64,000 nucleotides of DNA from the human T2T-CHM13v2.0 reference genome, Homo sapiens, in the NCBI RefSeq assembly GCF_009914755.1, contig NC_060941.1; one strand, 5' to 3'. Under the pieces are notes generated by a model. That model did no database searches. It was not told where the DNA came from and saw nothing but the letters and a program-made list of their open reading frames with translations. Both the position numbers and the translations under genes were made by a program. Shown one piece after another: positions 39,635 through 59,968 of the stretch (position 1 is its first letter; each line of letters opens with the position of its first letter).

Positions 39635-41606
39635 GACCCTGGCTGCAACTGAGATCTGAGTTGTCTTGCTGGTAAGCTGGGGACGGGCCGCAGTTCCCAG
39701 GCTGGGATGAGAAGCCCAAAGCCCTCTGTGGAGCCAACTCTACTTGCCCCCACCCCTGTCCCAGCACTGACCCTCTTCCCTCCCCTCTCTGCAGTTCTTC
39801 TTGACATTCTCACTAGAAGGGTCACCATCACTGGAGGTCCTGGGGTCATCTCCTGCCCCAACGCAGGCTGGCCCCACCCCCACATGCCAGCTGCTCCCTT
39901 CTCTCCTGAGCCCCTGCCCCCCAGGACTGACCCCTGCAGCCCAGCCCTTCCCAAACTTCTGAGCTCCTCTGTCCGTGGGTGCAGTGGGGCCCCTCGGCGG
40001 GGCTTCCTCCCTGGCCTCTGTGGGATCCAGCCCTTCTGCCTCCCAGACGCCTCCCCGCCCCACACTCTGGCTTGCAACACTTCTGTTCCCGAATGCGCTG
40101 GCCTCTCTTTCACCCCGAGACCTCTGCACCTGCATTCTGTCTGGAAAACCCCCAACCGTCGGCACGCATCCCTGGTCACCACCTTCTAAGTCTTCAGATC
40201 TTAGCTGAGACGCCTCATTCTCCATGAAGCCCTCCTGGCCCAGCCCAGTGGGGGATGGAGGTAGCCCTCCTCCTGTGCTGCCTATAGCACCTTTTCTTCC
40301 CACTGCGCACGGGTCACAGCTGCCTGTTTACTCCTCTGACTTCTCCGTGTGGCTGATGCCCTGTGCCTGCAGGGCCCAGACGCCCTCCTCCTTTGGTGTG
40401 TCCTGCATGCCTAGCCCAGTGCCAGGACCACAGGACTCAGTAAACACCAGCCAGGTGACTGACAATGGAGGGACATGTGGTTCGCCATCCCCTGCCCCTG
40501 GGACCCCCCAGGCAGAAGTGTGCACACCCCCCAGGGTGTGAGACCCCTGTGCAGAAGGACATGGCGAGGATTCCAGAGGAACAGGGGCTGGCCTGGCCTC
40601 AGCCTCTCAGAGTCAGGTCTGGGGGTCCTGAAGACAGCCCCCTCCCTGGCCTTCTTGAGAGATTTGCGGCTCCCCTGAGCAGTGGGAGGCCACTGGGCTG
40701 GCTGGAGGGGGCCTTGCGACATAAGCCCCAGGTGGGCTGCCTTTCACGGCGCCCCCGGCTCCCTGGCACCCGCCCAGGCGCAGGCGCTGGGGTGTGGGCA
40801 CACACTCACATGCTGAGTTCAGTGTGCGGATTCCTGTAACGCTGGGCTGCTGGCAGGAAGTGCGCGCCGGGGAGGCTGCTGCTGGGAACCCAGGGCTGGC
40901 CCCGCTGAGATAAAGGGAGGCAGCAGATCGCAGCTGGAGATAGCGGCCCTGGGTCCTGGTAAACAGGTGGGGGGGGGTGGGGGGGGGGAAATGTCCTTTC
41001 CATCCCATCCTCTTGGCCCTGAGCCTGCAGGATCTATAGCGCCCTAGCCTAAGCCCAGCCCCGATAGCTTGGGATCCAGAGGGGAGTTGTCGGCACTGCC
41101 ATCATCATTCCCAGCCTGGGGGACTGGGTGGCAAAGGACAGGGCGCTGGGCCTGGGGGCCTGGCTGGGCCCATGGTGGGCATGCACTTGGCCCACGTGGG
41201 GGCCACTGGGTGTCAAGGTCATGTGTGCTGTTGGGAGGGTGGGAAGGGGAAGGGAGGGAGCTCCTCCAAGCCCCTGCACTTCCCCAACTGGGACCCCCTA
41301 GTGGGAAAGATGTCCCTCTCCAGGTTCGCCTTCAGCACCATCTCCGGAAATCCAGAGTGAGGTGCCATGAGGGTGCGAGACCGGGAGAGAATGGGGGGTG
41401 GAGTGAGGGGGGCGTGAGGGCTGTTCCCCAGCCAGGTGCAGAGCAGGGGGGCTACAGAGCTGGGGAGACCCTGTGCATGACTTCAACAGGAAGCCACAGG
41501 ATGTTCACCTGCACTCCATCAGCTCACCGTGGGCTAGCGGGAGCTCGGCATGGCCCATCCCCAGTGCCCAACACAATGGGCGCTCAAATACACTTGCTTG
41601 TTTAAA

Positions 41607-45186
<3,580 letters not shown>

Positions 45187-46362
45187 TAGATACGGTTGCA
45201 AGCTGTGGTGTGTGTGGACAGGGGAATGGGGACTTAGGGATTGGGCTGGGGGGACCCTCAGGAACCCCTCTACTGCCTTCCAGGTGTCCCCAGCTTGGGC
45301 TGAGACCAGGGCACCCCCTTGTGCCTTCTGCCCCCACCTGCTCCCTCCTGGGCCTACCAGCCTGCGGCCGCACTGGCTGCTGACAGCTGGGACGCTGGGG
45401 TCTGGCGTTATTTACTGCGGCAGCTTCCTCCTCCTTCCAGGAACTTGTCCTCTAACTTGGGGCGGCAGCGAGGCCTCTAATCTTTCGGATCTCGTTTACC
45501 GGCATTGGCCTCTCACTTCCTGTTGCTAGGCCTGGACCGAGGCACGGGGTCAGCTCCGTGCACTGCGCCTTGCCTGTTGCCGGGGCCTCTGTTCTGGCCC
45601 CTCGGCAGGGAGGACAGAGGGTCAGATGCCGGGCCTCAGGCACAGTGGCCATCTGGGGTAGGGCCAGCTCCACAGAGGCAGGGGACCCAAGGCTGAGCCG
45701 GCTGTAGGCTCTGCTTCCTGGAGTCCAGGGTCCAGCACGGGGACCAGGTTATTCCTTCGCTCCTCCTGGCTTGGCAGAGCGTCATGGAAGGTGGCCTTCC
45801 CCAGACTCCCCCACATCCCCTCCTCCCACTTCTGCAGCCACCAGAGCCAGGGCCCTTGTGGGAAAGGACAGGGAAGTCTCAGGAGTTTGGGCACAGACAA
45901 GATCCCTGGAGACCGTGGGGTCTGCTGCCCTGGAGATGTGGAATCCCAGGCCTTGCCCACCTCCTCCACCCTGGGTGGGTTCCCCAACCACCCAGAGGAG
46001 TGCTGGCATCTCGGGGCCACCAGGGCATGGGCAAGAGTGGCTGCCCAGCCCCTGCCAAGGGCCTGAAGCCAGCGCCAGGCAGACCCTGCCTTGTTGAGCA
46101 GTATCTTCAGTAAGGGCTCTGTGTGCCGAACACCTGCTGTGCGCCCTGCACACTTATCCCAGAGATGGGATTCAAACCCAGGTTGCCCAGCGCAGAGAAA
46201 CAGCATTCTCCTTCTGCATCCGTGAAGGAAGCTTTGTCTTCTAAAAGCCCTAGCCCTTCTGTTACCTTGTCCTCAGCCGGCCTGCTTCTGTCCCTGTGCC
46301 ATAAGCCAGATGAATTTCTCTCCCAGGCTGGCCCTGCAGAGGATGAGAGATGGCCCTTGTTA

Positions 46363-47863
<1,501 letters not shown>

Positions 47864-50800
47864 ATGTGCCGTCTGATTAGGAACCCAAGAGCCCCTTCCT
47901 GGGAACAGAAGGACAACTGGCACCTGCTGAGGCACGCCCACTTGCCGAGCTGCCCTGGGATCCCTGGGCAGAGCGTCATCGCTTAAGAACCTAATTCCAC
48001 AACAAATATTTGTCACGCTCCTGCCAGGGCCCTGGCAGGAGCAGAGGCGGTGTGTACTGCCATGCATTCCTGGTCTGTTGGGTGATTGACACATACAAGA
48101 CGCCAGCGGTCCTGAGAGTCAGGTGCCTTCCTGGACCCCTTGGTGAGCGGAGGTGAGTTGCCATCAAGGAGGGAAGATTCAGGAAGATAACTCCAAGGTC
48201 CTCAATCCGTCCACCAGTCAGTGGATGGCAAACATAATCCATGGGCACTGATTAGGTTTGCCAGCCCATGCTGAGTGCTGGGGTCAGTGTCCTTCGTCTC
48301 CTGCCAAGGGGAGAGGACCTCGAATGGACGCCTGGGACCATGATCCCATTTTGCTGGGGAGGAAACAGATTAGGGAGGAAGGGAACCTTGGTGGTGAGCA
48401 GTAAAGCCAGGATTGGAACCCGCGCCGCTAAGGTCTCTGCCTCCCTGTAGGACCCACCCTGGCTGTGGGGAGGCACTAGCTTGGGGAGGAGCCCCTGGCT
48501 GGTCCTCCCAGGTGTGTGTGGAGTCAGCCAGGGGCAGTGCTGGCAGGGCCTCCAGGCACTGTCCAGCCTCCTCCTCTTCTGCACTTGGAAGAATTCCAGC
48601 TGTTTTTCAGCCTCTCTCTTCCTCCAGGAAGCCTTGCATGATAGCCCTACCCCTCTGCCAAGACACACACCCTCTTCTCCCTTTTTCCTTGGCACCTGGC
48701 TTATCTCACAGTTGCCTTTGTCGTCGGCCAGCGTCCCTCACTGGGTTTCAGGCTCATGGAGGGCAAGACCTGAGTCTTTCATTCTCAGGATCCCTAGCAG
48801 GGGGCTTAGGGCATAATGAGCATTCAGGAAATAACTGGAGAAACGTGGATGAGGAAACGGATAGCAGAGGGTGGAGAGGGGCTTGCTTCTAAAGGCGAGA
48901 CGTGAACCTAGTGGGATGACCAGGCAGGGTGGGGGTGGTGGGGAGTTGTGGGGAGGCCAGTACAGAACAGCTCCAGGGAGGGCATGGAGCATGGTGTGAG
49001 CAGGAGGCCTGTCTGACCTCCGGGGATGGCCCCGTGGGACAGAGGACCTTGAAAGCCAGGCAGAGGGATGGGATCAGATACTAACGCCCATAGGGAGCCC
49101 TGGCAGGTCCTTGAGCAGGGGCATGGCAGGGCAAGCCTTCCTTTAGCCCAGGGTGAGCTTGCGCCAACCCGTGCTGCAGAGGAGAAGGGCATGGAGGATA
49201 GCTACTCCCTCTGGGTGTTCTTCCGGCCCGGCTACCCTCAGCCAGAGCTCAGGAATCACACTCCCCTGGAACCTGGAGTTTTGGATTCAATCTTTATTCA
49301 ATAAATGGCTTATTGGGAACCGACAGGGTGGCTAGAGCCTGCCTGGTGTTGGGGTTGGGGGACCCTGCCTGGTGGTTTGGGCTCTGTGGGTGTGTGAGGA
49401 CCACTCCACGGTGGTGCTGGCGTTCCCCATTCCACTCTGGGCTCAGCGCCCCTGACACACTCCCCCTGCCCACTCTGGAGGCCAGGCCCCCTGGTGCTGG
49501 GGGAGGCACTGGCTTGGAGAGGAGCCCCTGGCTGGTCCTCCTAGAAGAGAGAGTCTGTGGGGTGGGCCTCCACAGCCCTGCCGGGCCCCACACGGGCAGC
49601 TGTTCCCGGAATGGGGGTTTGAAACTTTTCTTTTGTTGGCGAATATGCATGTGGTCTTAATTATTAATATGCAGCACTTATCTCCCCCAAATGTTTTATC
49701 GGGATTCGGCAGATCCGAGTGTGCAGGCAGTGGGTGCGGGGGCAGGGCAGGGATATTATGGGAGCACAGGGAGGCCCCAGAAGTTGGAGTGTCCTCCAAA
49801 TCAGCTGGATGACCCAGAGGAAGGAAAGACCCTGGTTAACGATGGTCAAGTTAACTCTTTCAGGCCCTGCCCAATGCTGCAAAATCGCACCTGGGTGTTT
49901 GGCCTGGGTAGGCCTACCGCGCCTTTCTGGGTTCTGGCCTATGCTGATGTCTCCCCTGCCCCGCAGGACCCTGGTGGACTGGAGGGAAGGTAGGGAGCCG
50001 CATCTCTCAGCAGCAACCCAGGACTTAAGGAGGGCCATTGCCCTTTTCTGGTGGGGGTGAAGGAGGAGGAAGCAGCGTGACCTTGGAACCCGTCACCTAT
50101 TAACTTCCCGCGTATCACCTGATCTCATTCGGCGTCCACCACCCCCTGGAAGTGGGCTTATCGGGCCCATTTTTAGACGAGGAAACCAGAGTGAGACGAG
50201 TCACAGATCTGAGGACCTCCAGCAGAGCAGGGAGGTGCCCAGGTGGGGGGCGGGCGGGTGGTCTTTCTTTTGGGGCAGCATCCCGAAAGAAAGGAAAAAC
50301 AGCAGGGGGCGTGGCTCCCCTCACTCCCCCGCAACCATCCCTGCCTGGCCAGGGCCTTTTGGGCAGTGCCACTGGAGATTCCTGGAAGTGCCTTCGGGCC
50401 ACACACACACACATCCTCCGGGACCCTCCCAGCCCCCCACTCTGCGCTTCCCGGGTTTGCAGGAGGGCCCCAAGGCCAGCCGGGAGCCCTGCAGGACCTG
50501 GGAGGAACCTGAGCCTGAAGGGTCTAGGAGCCCGCCGTGTCTGCTCTCAAGTGCCCCGCGTTCCCTTGGCCTGATCCCCGATCCCGTGCACCCTGCACCC
50601 AGTAGGCCCTCCGGGGCCGGGGCTGAATCAGCTTCGGAGGCTTCAGCAAGGCATTGCAGGGGGTCCCTACGGGAGGTTTAGTCCAGGGCACTCGCAGTGT
50701 TGTGGGACGCTGGGCAGGGCTGATCCCAGCCACTGAGTCTTCCCGGGCAGAGAGCAGACAGGGGGGCATTGGGATTTGGAGGGGCACCCGGGAACCTCCT

Positions 50801-53107
50801 GTCCCTTCCGGGCCGCCTCCCCTTACCCTGATTTCCCTTGCAGGGAGGGCTGTGCAGGTTTGTGGTGGGGTGGGGAGGACTTCCTAGAATTTGTTGCTTT
50901 GATTGGAATCTTCCCTATTGGGGCAGGGTTGGGGTGAGCTCTTGCCCACCCTGCCCACCCCCTGCCGCCAGAATCCTGGGCTCCCTCCGTTGAGTTGTGT
51001 TGGGGTCGGGGAGCTTCGTTTATGGCATCCCTGAATTCACCCCAGGCTTTGAAGTCAGGCTCGCTCCACAGGAAAAGCTCTTCCAAGAGGGAGATTCCCT
51101 GGACCTCCTGGGCCTCCGCCTGGTAATTGGCGCTTCGATTAACAGCTCGGGTGCGAGGGGCACTTCAGTGGGGGGCAGGGCAGCTGAGTCAGGGGCCCAG
51201 CCCAGGGGAGATGTTACAGGAGGGAGGACGGGAAGGGAGGCGGGGAGGTTGGTAATTCCAGATTGAGGAGGGTCTCCGTAGCTCTCCGAGTGGGTGAGGA
51301 CCCCTCGGAGGCAAGTGTGGGGTCCCCCAGGGCCTGCTGGGCCCCCTTGGGCCCCTGGAACAATGGGTTCCCACTAGCCAACCTGTTCCCACAGCCAGAA
51401 GTTGCCATGGTGACCCCCTCCCACCTTCAGCTACAGCTTTTCCAGTAAAACCACTGCAGAAATCCATACTTCCCGACAGGCACGCCCGGCCCCCCACCCC
51501 CCACTCTGCGCGGTCTTGGAGCCTCGGGGAGTTAACCCTGCGCATGCTGGTGTCTGTTGTTTGGGGGAGACGGGAGTGAGAGCCGGCAATGCGGGCCCCA
51601 GGCTGGAGAGGAGAGGGTGGACGGGGGCAAGACAAGCTGCCCTGTCCTTGAAGGCCCCAGCGAGTGACTTGAGCAACTCCAGGAAGCTGGAGCGGAGCAG
51701 TGAAGCTAGCTCTGACCTAGGGGCCCCCTTGGCACAGAGGAGGCCTAGCTGGGGCCCACAGCGCAGCTCACCCCTTCTAGAGTGACCCCCTGCCCGCAGT
51801 CGCTGGGACACGAGACCCTTCCCGGCCTGGCTGCAGCTGCTACCCTGTTAGCCGATCCCCTCTTCCTCCTCTCCCCTCCCGGCACAAACCTTTTTCCTGG
51901 AGGCAGAGAGGGCTCAGTCCCAGGTCCCCGTGGCCCTGCTGCCAGCACCTGGCGGCCCCCAAGGGCACTGCGTACCTGGAGCCCGGCTTTGCATCCACAG
52001 GTCTGCCCTAGGGGGCTGTTGAACTCCAGAAGTCGCTGCCTGCTCAGGGTCTCCGTGTCCTCCCCCTGAGAAGTGGGGATAATGATCTGGGCTGCTTCCA
52101 AGCTTGGGGAAGAGGATCCCCCTAGAAGGTTCTGTCCTGCTGCCTCTGCCAGGTGGAGGGGCCCCTGGGGACACCCCAGGCTGCAGGGGCTCAGGGGGCT
52201 CCGTGGCCCAGGCCCAGCCTCACTTCTGCAGCCAGAGTGAGCAAGGAGATGCTGTAATTGTTCTCTCTGTAGCCCAGGATGAATAATTGAGAGGTCTTTG
52301 AAGAGAATTAATTAGCCAGCTTATTGACTGGAAACGCTTTGCTGCAGATGATGGAGGATGGAAGCCTGCGTGGGGCCCGTTTGCCGGCTGGGGCCGCACC
52401 AGACATTCAATTCACACCCATGGCTGCTCAGCGGGACCAGGGGCTCGGCCTTTGCCTAGTACCTGCTCTCTCCTGCTCAGGAGGAAGTGGGGGAGCTGAG
52501 CCCCAACTTGGCACCCTGCTGTGGTTCTGTCCTGATTTCTGGTATGGGGAGGGGGGGCAGCACCCCTTAGACTCAACTCTGCTCTGTCTTCTAAGAGGCA
52601 AGATGGGGGCCTCTCCAGGAGTGGGGGTGGGTGTGGCTCAGTCTTGGGAGCAGTTCCCTTGCAGGATAGACTCTGGTCCTGGGCTCCTTCAGTCCAGCCC
52701 ACCCCACCGCCTGAGCCCCAGCCCCTTTTCGGGAACTAGGGAGTGACAGGAAAAGACGAAAGCGTTCTTGCCTGCAGGCTGCAGGGGGTCAGACATGTCG
52801 ATGTCCCTGGTGAGGCTGAGGAGGGCCGGTTCTCATGGAATGGACAAGGCGCTAGGCAGGAAATGCTGGATCACTAGCCCCGGGTACCAGTCATTAATAG
52901 TAGTAGTAAACATTCCTCCAGCAGGCCCTGTCCTAAGCACACTGCATGCACTAACTCCTGTAGACCCTGTGAAGACAGGGGGTGGGCTTGTTCCCCAGCT
53001 GGGTCTGCAGAGCCTCAGGGCAGAACCTGGCACAGATAAAGCTTTGTTGATTGAATGAATGAGTGAATGAAGGAAATGAATGTGAGGAAGCTGAGTGGCA
53101 AAGTTAG

Positions 53108-53549
<442 letters not shown>

Positions 53550-54164
53550 TGAGCAGGAGGTGGGGGCCCTGAGAGCGGGCCCAGGGTTCAGCCCTGCCTC
53601 TGCAGCTGCTGGAGCACCAGTGAAGAGAGGGCAGGTGCCAGCAGGCATGGTGCAACTGTGGGGGACATGGGCGGGGCAGGGGGTACCTGGGTGGAGCTGG
53701 TTGGGGACCATTGCTCTTGGTCCAGATAAGGCATGACAAGGCCTGGGCCAAGACCCCTGAAATGGGGCATGGAGAGTCTGTGACAGCTCTGAGATATGTG
53801 GAGGGGAAGGGGAATGGAACCTGGTGACTTGTGGACCTGCGGAATGGGGGACAGGAGTTGAGATGACTCCAGGTATCTCCCGACATGAGCACATGTATCT
53901 GCAAATGAGGCGGGGGTCAGGAAGCACAGGGAGCTTGCTCTTGCCCCGGGGGCCTAGGATGCCCTGGGCTGTCATCATTCCACACTCACCCCTGACCTGC
54001 TCCTGCTCGCTCAGGGAGGCTGCCTTACAGGGAGGTATCAGTGGCTCCCTCATCCTCTGCCTCTGTGGAGCCCACAGTGGGAGGCACCTGCAGAACATGG
54101 GGGTGGGGGACAGTGCAGTTGGGGGCGTGGGTGTTCCTTCCTCTATCTGCCTCCCTCACAGAGT

Positions 54165-54686
54165 TGTGATCAAGCGAGTTGTAGAGAAACGCCACTCTCT
54201 GAGACGAATTCAGGCTAGTGCTCAAAATTCTCTCCACCCCAAAGAAGGGGCTAGATTTTCTTTTATACTTTGTTTTAGAAAGGGGCGGTGGGGGGAGTCT
54301 AGTTAAAACAATCTTACAGAAGCAAAGCAGACAAAAAAGTTAAAAGGATAAATGGTTACGGGAAAGCAAACAGTTCCAGGTGCAGGGGCTTTAAATGTAT
54401 TACAAGGTGATAGACGCGGGGCTTTGAGTGTTATCAACCGGATACAAACGCGGGGACTCTGGGTGCTATCAACCGGGCGAATTCCTAGGAACTGCGGATA
54501 TAACTTGCCACAGTATCTTATCAGTTAATTGCATCCTTGGATGTGCTGGCAGTCTGCTTGCACAAGTTAAGTCCTTGAGGAAGGGGGTGGGTAAGGGGCT
54601 GTAAGTGAAGGAGCCAAGATGGAGTCTGTCTGGCTCTCTCAGCTAAGGGAGAGTCAATTCAGGTTAAAACAAGGTTGGGTATCACA
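54165..54686 (-). mobile_element. Solo ERV1 LTR, LTR6-family-like (probably LTR6B)
   Basis: Minus strand begins TGTGATACCCAACCTTGTTTTAACCTGAATTGACTCTCCCTTAGCTGAGAGAGCCAGACAGACTCCAT; TG...CA termini; subfamily from recall. Confidence 0.7.
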
Positions 54687-55549
54687 ATAGCCCTCTCCAT
54701 GCCTCTCTGTCCAGGGCTGGGATTGGTTGGCATACTCTGCATGCCTTTCCCCAGCCCTCCAGCTGTCCTAGAGTTGGGCTGGGATAACCCTCCAGCCGCC
54801 CTGTGAGTTGCACTGGGATCAGTCAGGTGTACTCTGCATGCCTCACCCCAGCCCCCGAGCCGTCCCGTGGGTTGGAGTTGTTTGCGTCACTGGCTTTCTG
54901 TTCTCAGCTGACTTAGCTGGGACGTCAACAACTCCCTATGTCAGAGGCAAGTCTCCGCCTGCATCTGCCAGAGCTCCACACAGCTGCAGACACCTGTGGC
55001 TTCATCTGAGTCCTCATCTCGGCCTCTGGGAACCACTCCTTCCTACCCTTTGCCTGGAGACAGTGGAAGCCGAGGGACATTTCTCCGAACGGCGTTCACT
55101 TGGCTCCAGAAATGAGAACTGGAATGAGGAAGAGGAATCAGTCTCCCTCCAGGTGGCTGAAGCTAGGCACGTGGAACCTGGGAGCAGCGGGCAGCCACAC
55201 TGGTGCCCTTCAGACAGCAGGAGGGGGCTCTTGTCCGAAGCTCTGAGTTCAAAACAGAGGGGACATGGGGGAACAGCAGGAGGTAGGATCAGGCCCCCCA
55301 ACTCCTGCCGAGAGCTCACACCTGTCTTCAGCCCCTCCTGCATTCCTGCCAGTGGTAGCCATTTGCCCTTTTGGTTGCCTGGTGTCCAAATACCCTTTCT
55401 ACGTTGGAGGTAGGGTCCTGGGGGTCCCTGCTCCCTTTCCCAGGCTCTGAAAACTGACTCCTGGGAATGTGACCAAAATGATTACATTAAATGCTTCCAC
55501 CTGAATGTTTAATCGTGAAGATGAGATGCCAAGTTCAAGAGTAATTTAG

Positions 55550-57275
<1,726 letters not shown>

Positions 57276-57339
57276 TTAAACTTTTTTTTCCCATATGTAA
57301 AACAAATAATTTATGTAAAGATATATGTATATATACACA

Positions 57340-58390
57340 CATAACAAAATTTACCATTTTAACCATTTTCAAGTGTACAGTTCAGTGGCATTAAGTAATT
57401 ACCACTGTTGCACAGTTGCTCTCCAGCTCCTGAACATTCTAATCTTCCCAAACTGAAACTGTCCCCATTAATTAACACTAGCTCCCCATTCCCCTGGACC
57501 CCAGCCCCTGGCAACCACCATGCTATTTTCTGTCTCTATAAATCTAACAATCTCACATGAGTGGAATCACACGGTATGTGTCTTTGTGTGACTGGCTGAT
57601 TTCATTTAGTGTGATGTCTTCAAGGTGCATCCACGTGATAGCATAGGTCAGAATTTCCTTCCTTTTTAAGGCTGAATAATATTCCACCGTATGGATAGAC
57701 CATAGTTTGTTTATCCATTCATGCATCCATGGATACTAGGGTTGCTTCTATCTTCTGGCTATTGCAAATGAATAATGCTGCTATGAACGTGGGTGAACAT
57801 ATCTCTTTGAGTCTCTGCTTTTAATTCTTTTGGGGATAGATACAGGAGTGGAAGTGCTGGGTTATACGCTAATTCTATGTTTAATTTTTGGAGCATCTCA
57901 CCACACTGTTTTCCACAGCAATTGTACCATTTTCCATTCCCACCAAAATTGAGTGCACAGGGCCAAGCGCTGTGGCTCACACCTGTAATCCCAGCACTTT
58001 GGGAGGCCATGGCGGGTGGATCACTTGAGGTCAGGAGTTTGAGACCGGCCTGGCCAACATGGTGAAACCCCGTCTCTACTAAAAATATAAAAATTAGTCG
58101 GGCCATGGTGAAGCATGCCTGTAATCCCAGCTACTCAGGAGGCTGAGGCACGAGAATCGCTTGAATCCAGGAGGTGGAGGTTGTGGTGGGCCGAGATAGT
58201 GCCACTGCACTCCAGCCTGGATGACAGTGAGACTCCACCTCAAAAAAAAAAATTGAGTGCACAGGATTCCAATTTCTCCACATCTTCACCAACACTTGTT
58301 ATTTTCTGTTGTTTTTTTTTTAAAAAAAATAGTAGCCGTCCTAATAGGTATTGAGTGGCGTCGTCTTGTGGTTTTAGTTTGCATTTCAGG
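57340..58390 (-). mobile_element. L1M (MA/MB-type) 3' fragment interrupted by an Alu (57961-58252)
   Basis: aaaatttaccattttaaccatttt...gtacagttcagtggcattaag...ggctgaataatattcc. Confidence 0.85.
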
Positions 58391-58471
58391 CTCCATTTGA
58401 CTTCGGCTGGTTTGAGGTGAGTTTCTGTTTCTTGTAACTGGCGCTAGTTCAGGTAGGCTCAGCAGCTGCAG

Positions 58472-58714
58472 AACTCAAAGAGATATGTTCACCCGCGTTC
58501 ATAGCAGCATTATTCATTTGCAATAGCCAAAAGATAGAAGCAACCCTAGTGTCCATGGATACATGAATGGATAAACAAACTATGGTCTATCCATACTGTG
58601 GAATATTATTCAGCCTTAACAAAGGAAGGAAATTCTGACCTATGCTATCATGTGGATGAACCTTGGAGACATCACACTAAGTGAAATCAGCCAGTCACAC
58701 AAAGACACATACCA
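58472..58714 (+). repeat. Inverted copy of 57573-57812 flanked by a 15-bp direct repeat
   Basis: About 96% identical to the reverse complement by manual alignment; GCTCAGCAGCTGCAG at 58457-58471 and 58715-58729. Confidence 0.92.
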
Positions 58715-58866
58715 GCTCAGCAGCTGCAGCACGGTAGCCAACAATAGCAGCTGTGGCTTGTGGAGAAGTTTATTTCTCCTTCTGTAACAGCCCAGGGCGG
58801 GTGCACCCGGTCTATGCAGCCCTACTCCCTTAGGGGACCCAGGCGGATGCTGCTTTGCTACCTTGA

Positions 58867-59968
<1,102 letters not shown>

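Noticed and set aside
48150-48158. Strong splice donor GAG|GTGAGT as a possible lncRNA exon end
   Set aside because: A lone donor cannot define an exon without transcript data
49293-49305. Back-to-back TTTATT/AATAAA as a bidirectional poly(A) site
   Set aside because: Resembles the degenerate 3' end of an L2 LINE; no associated gene evident
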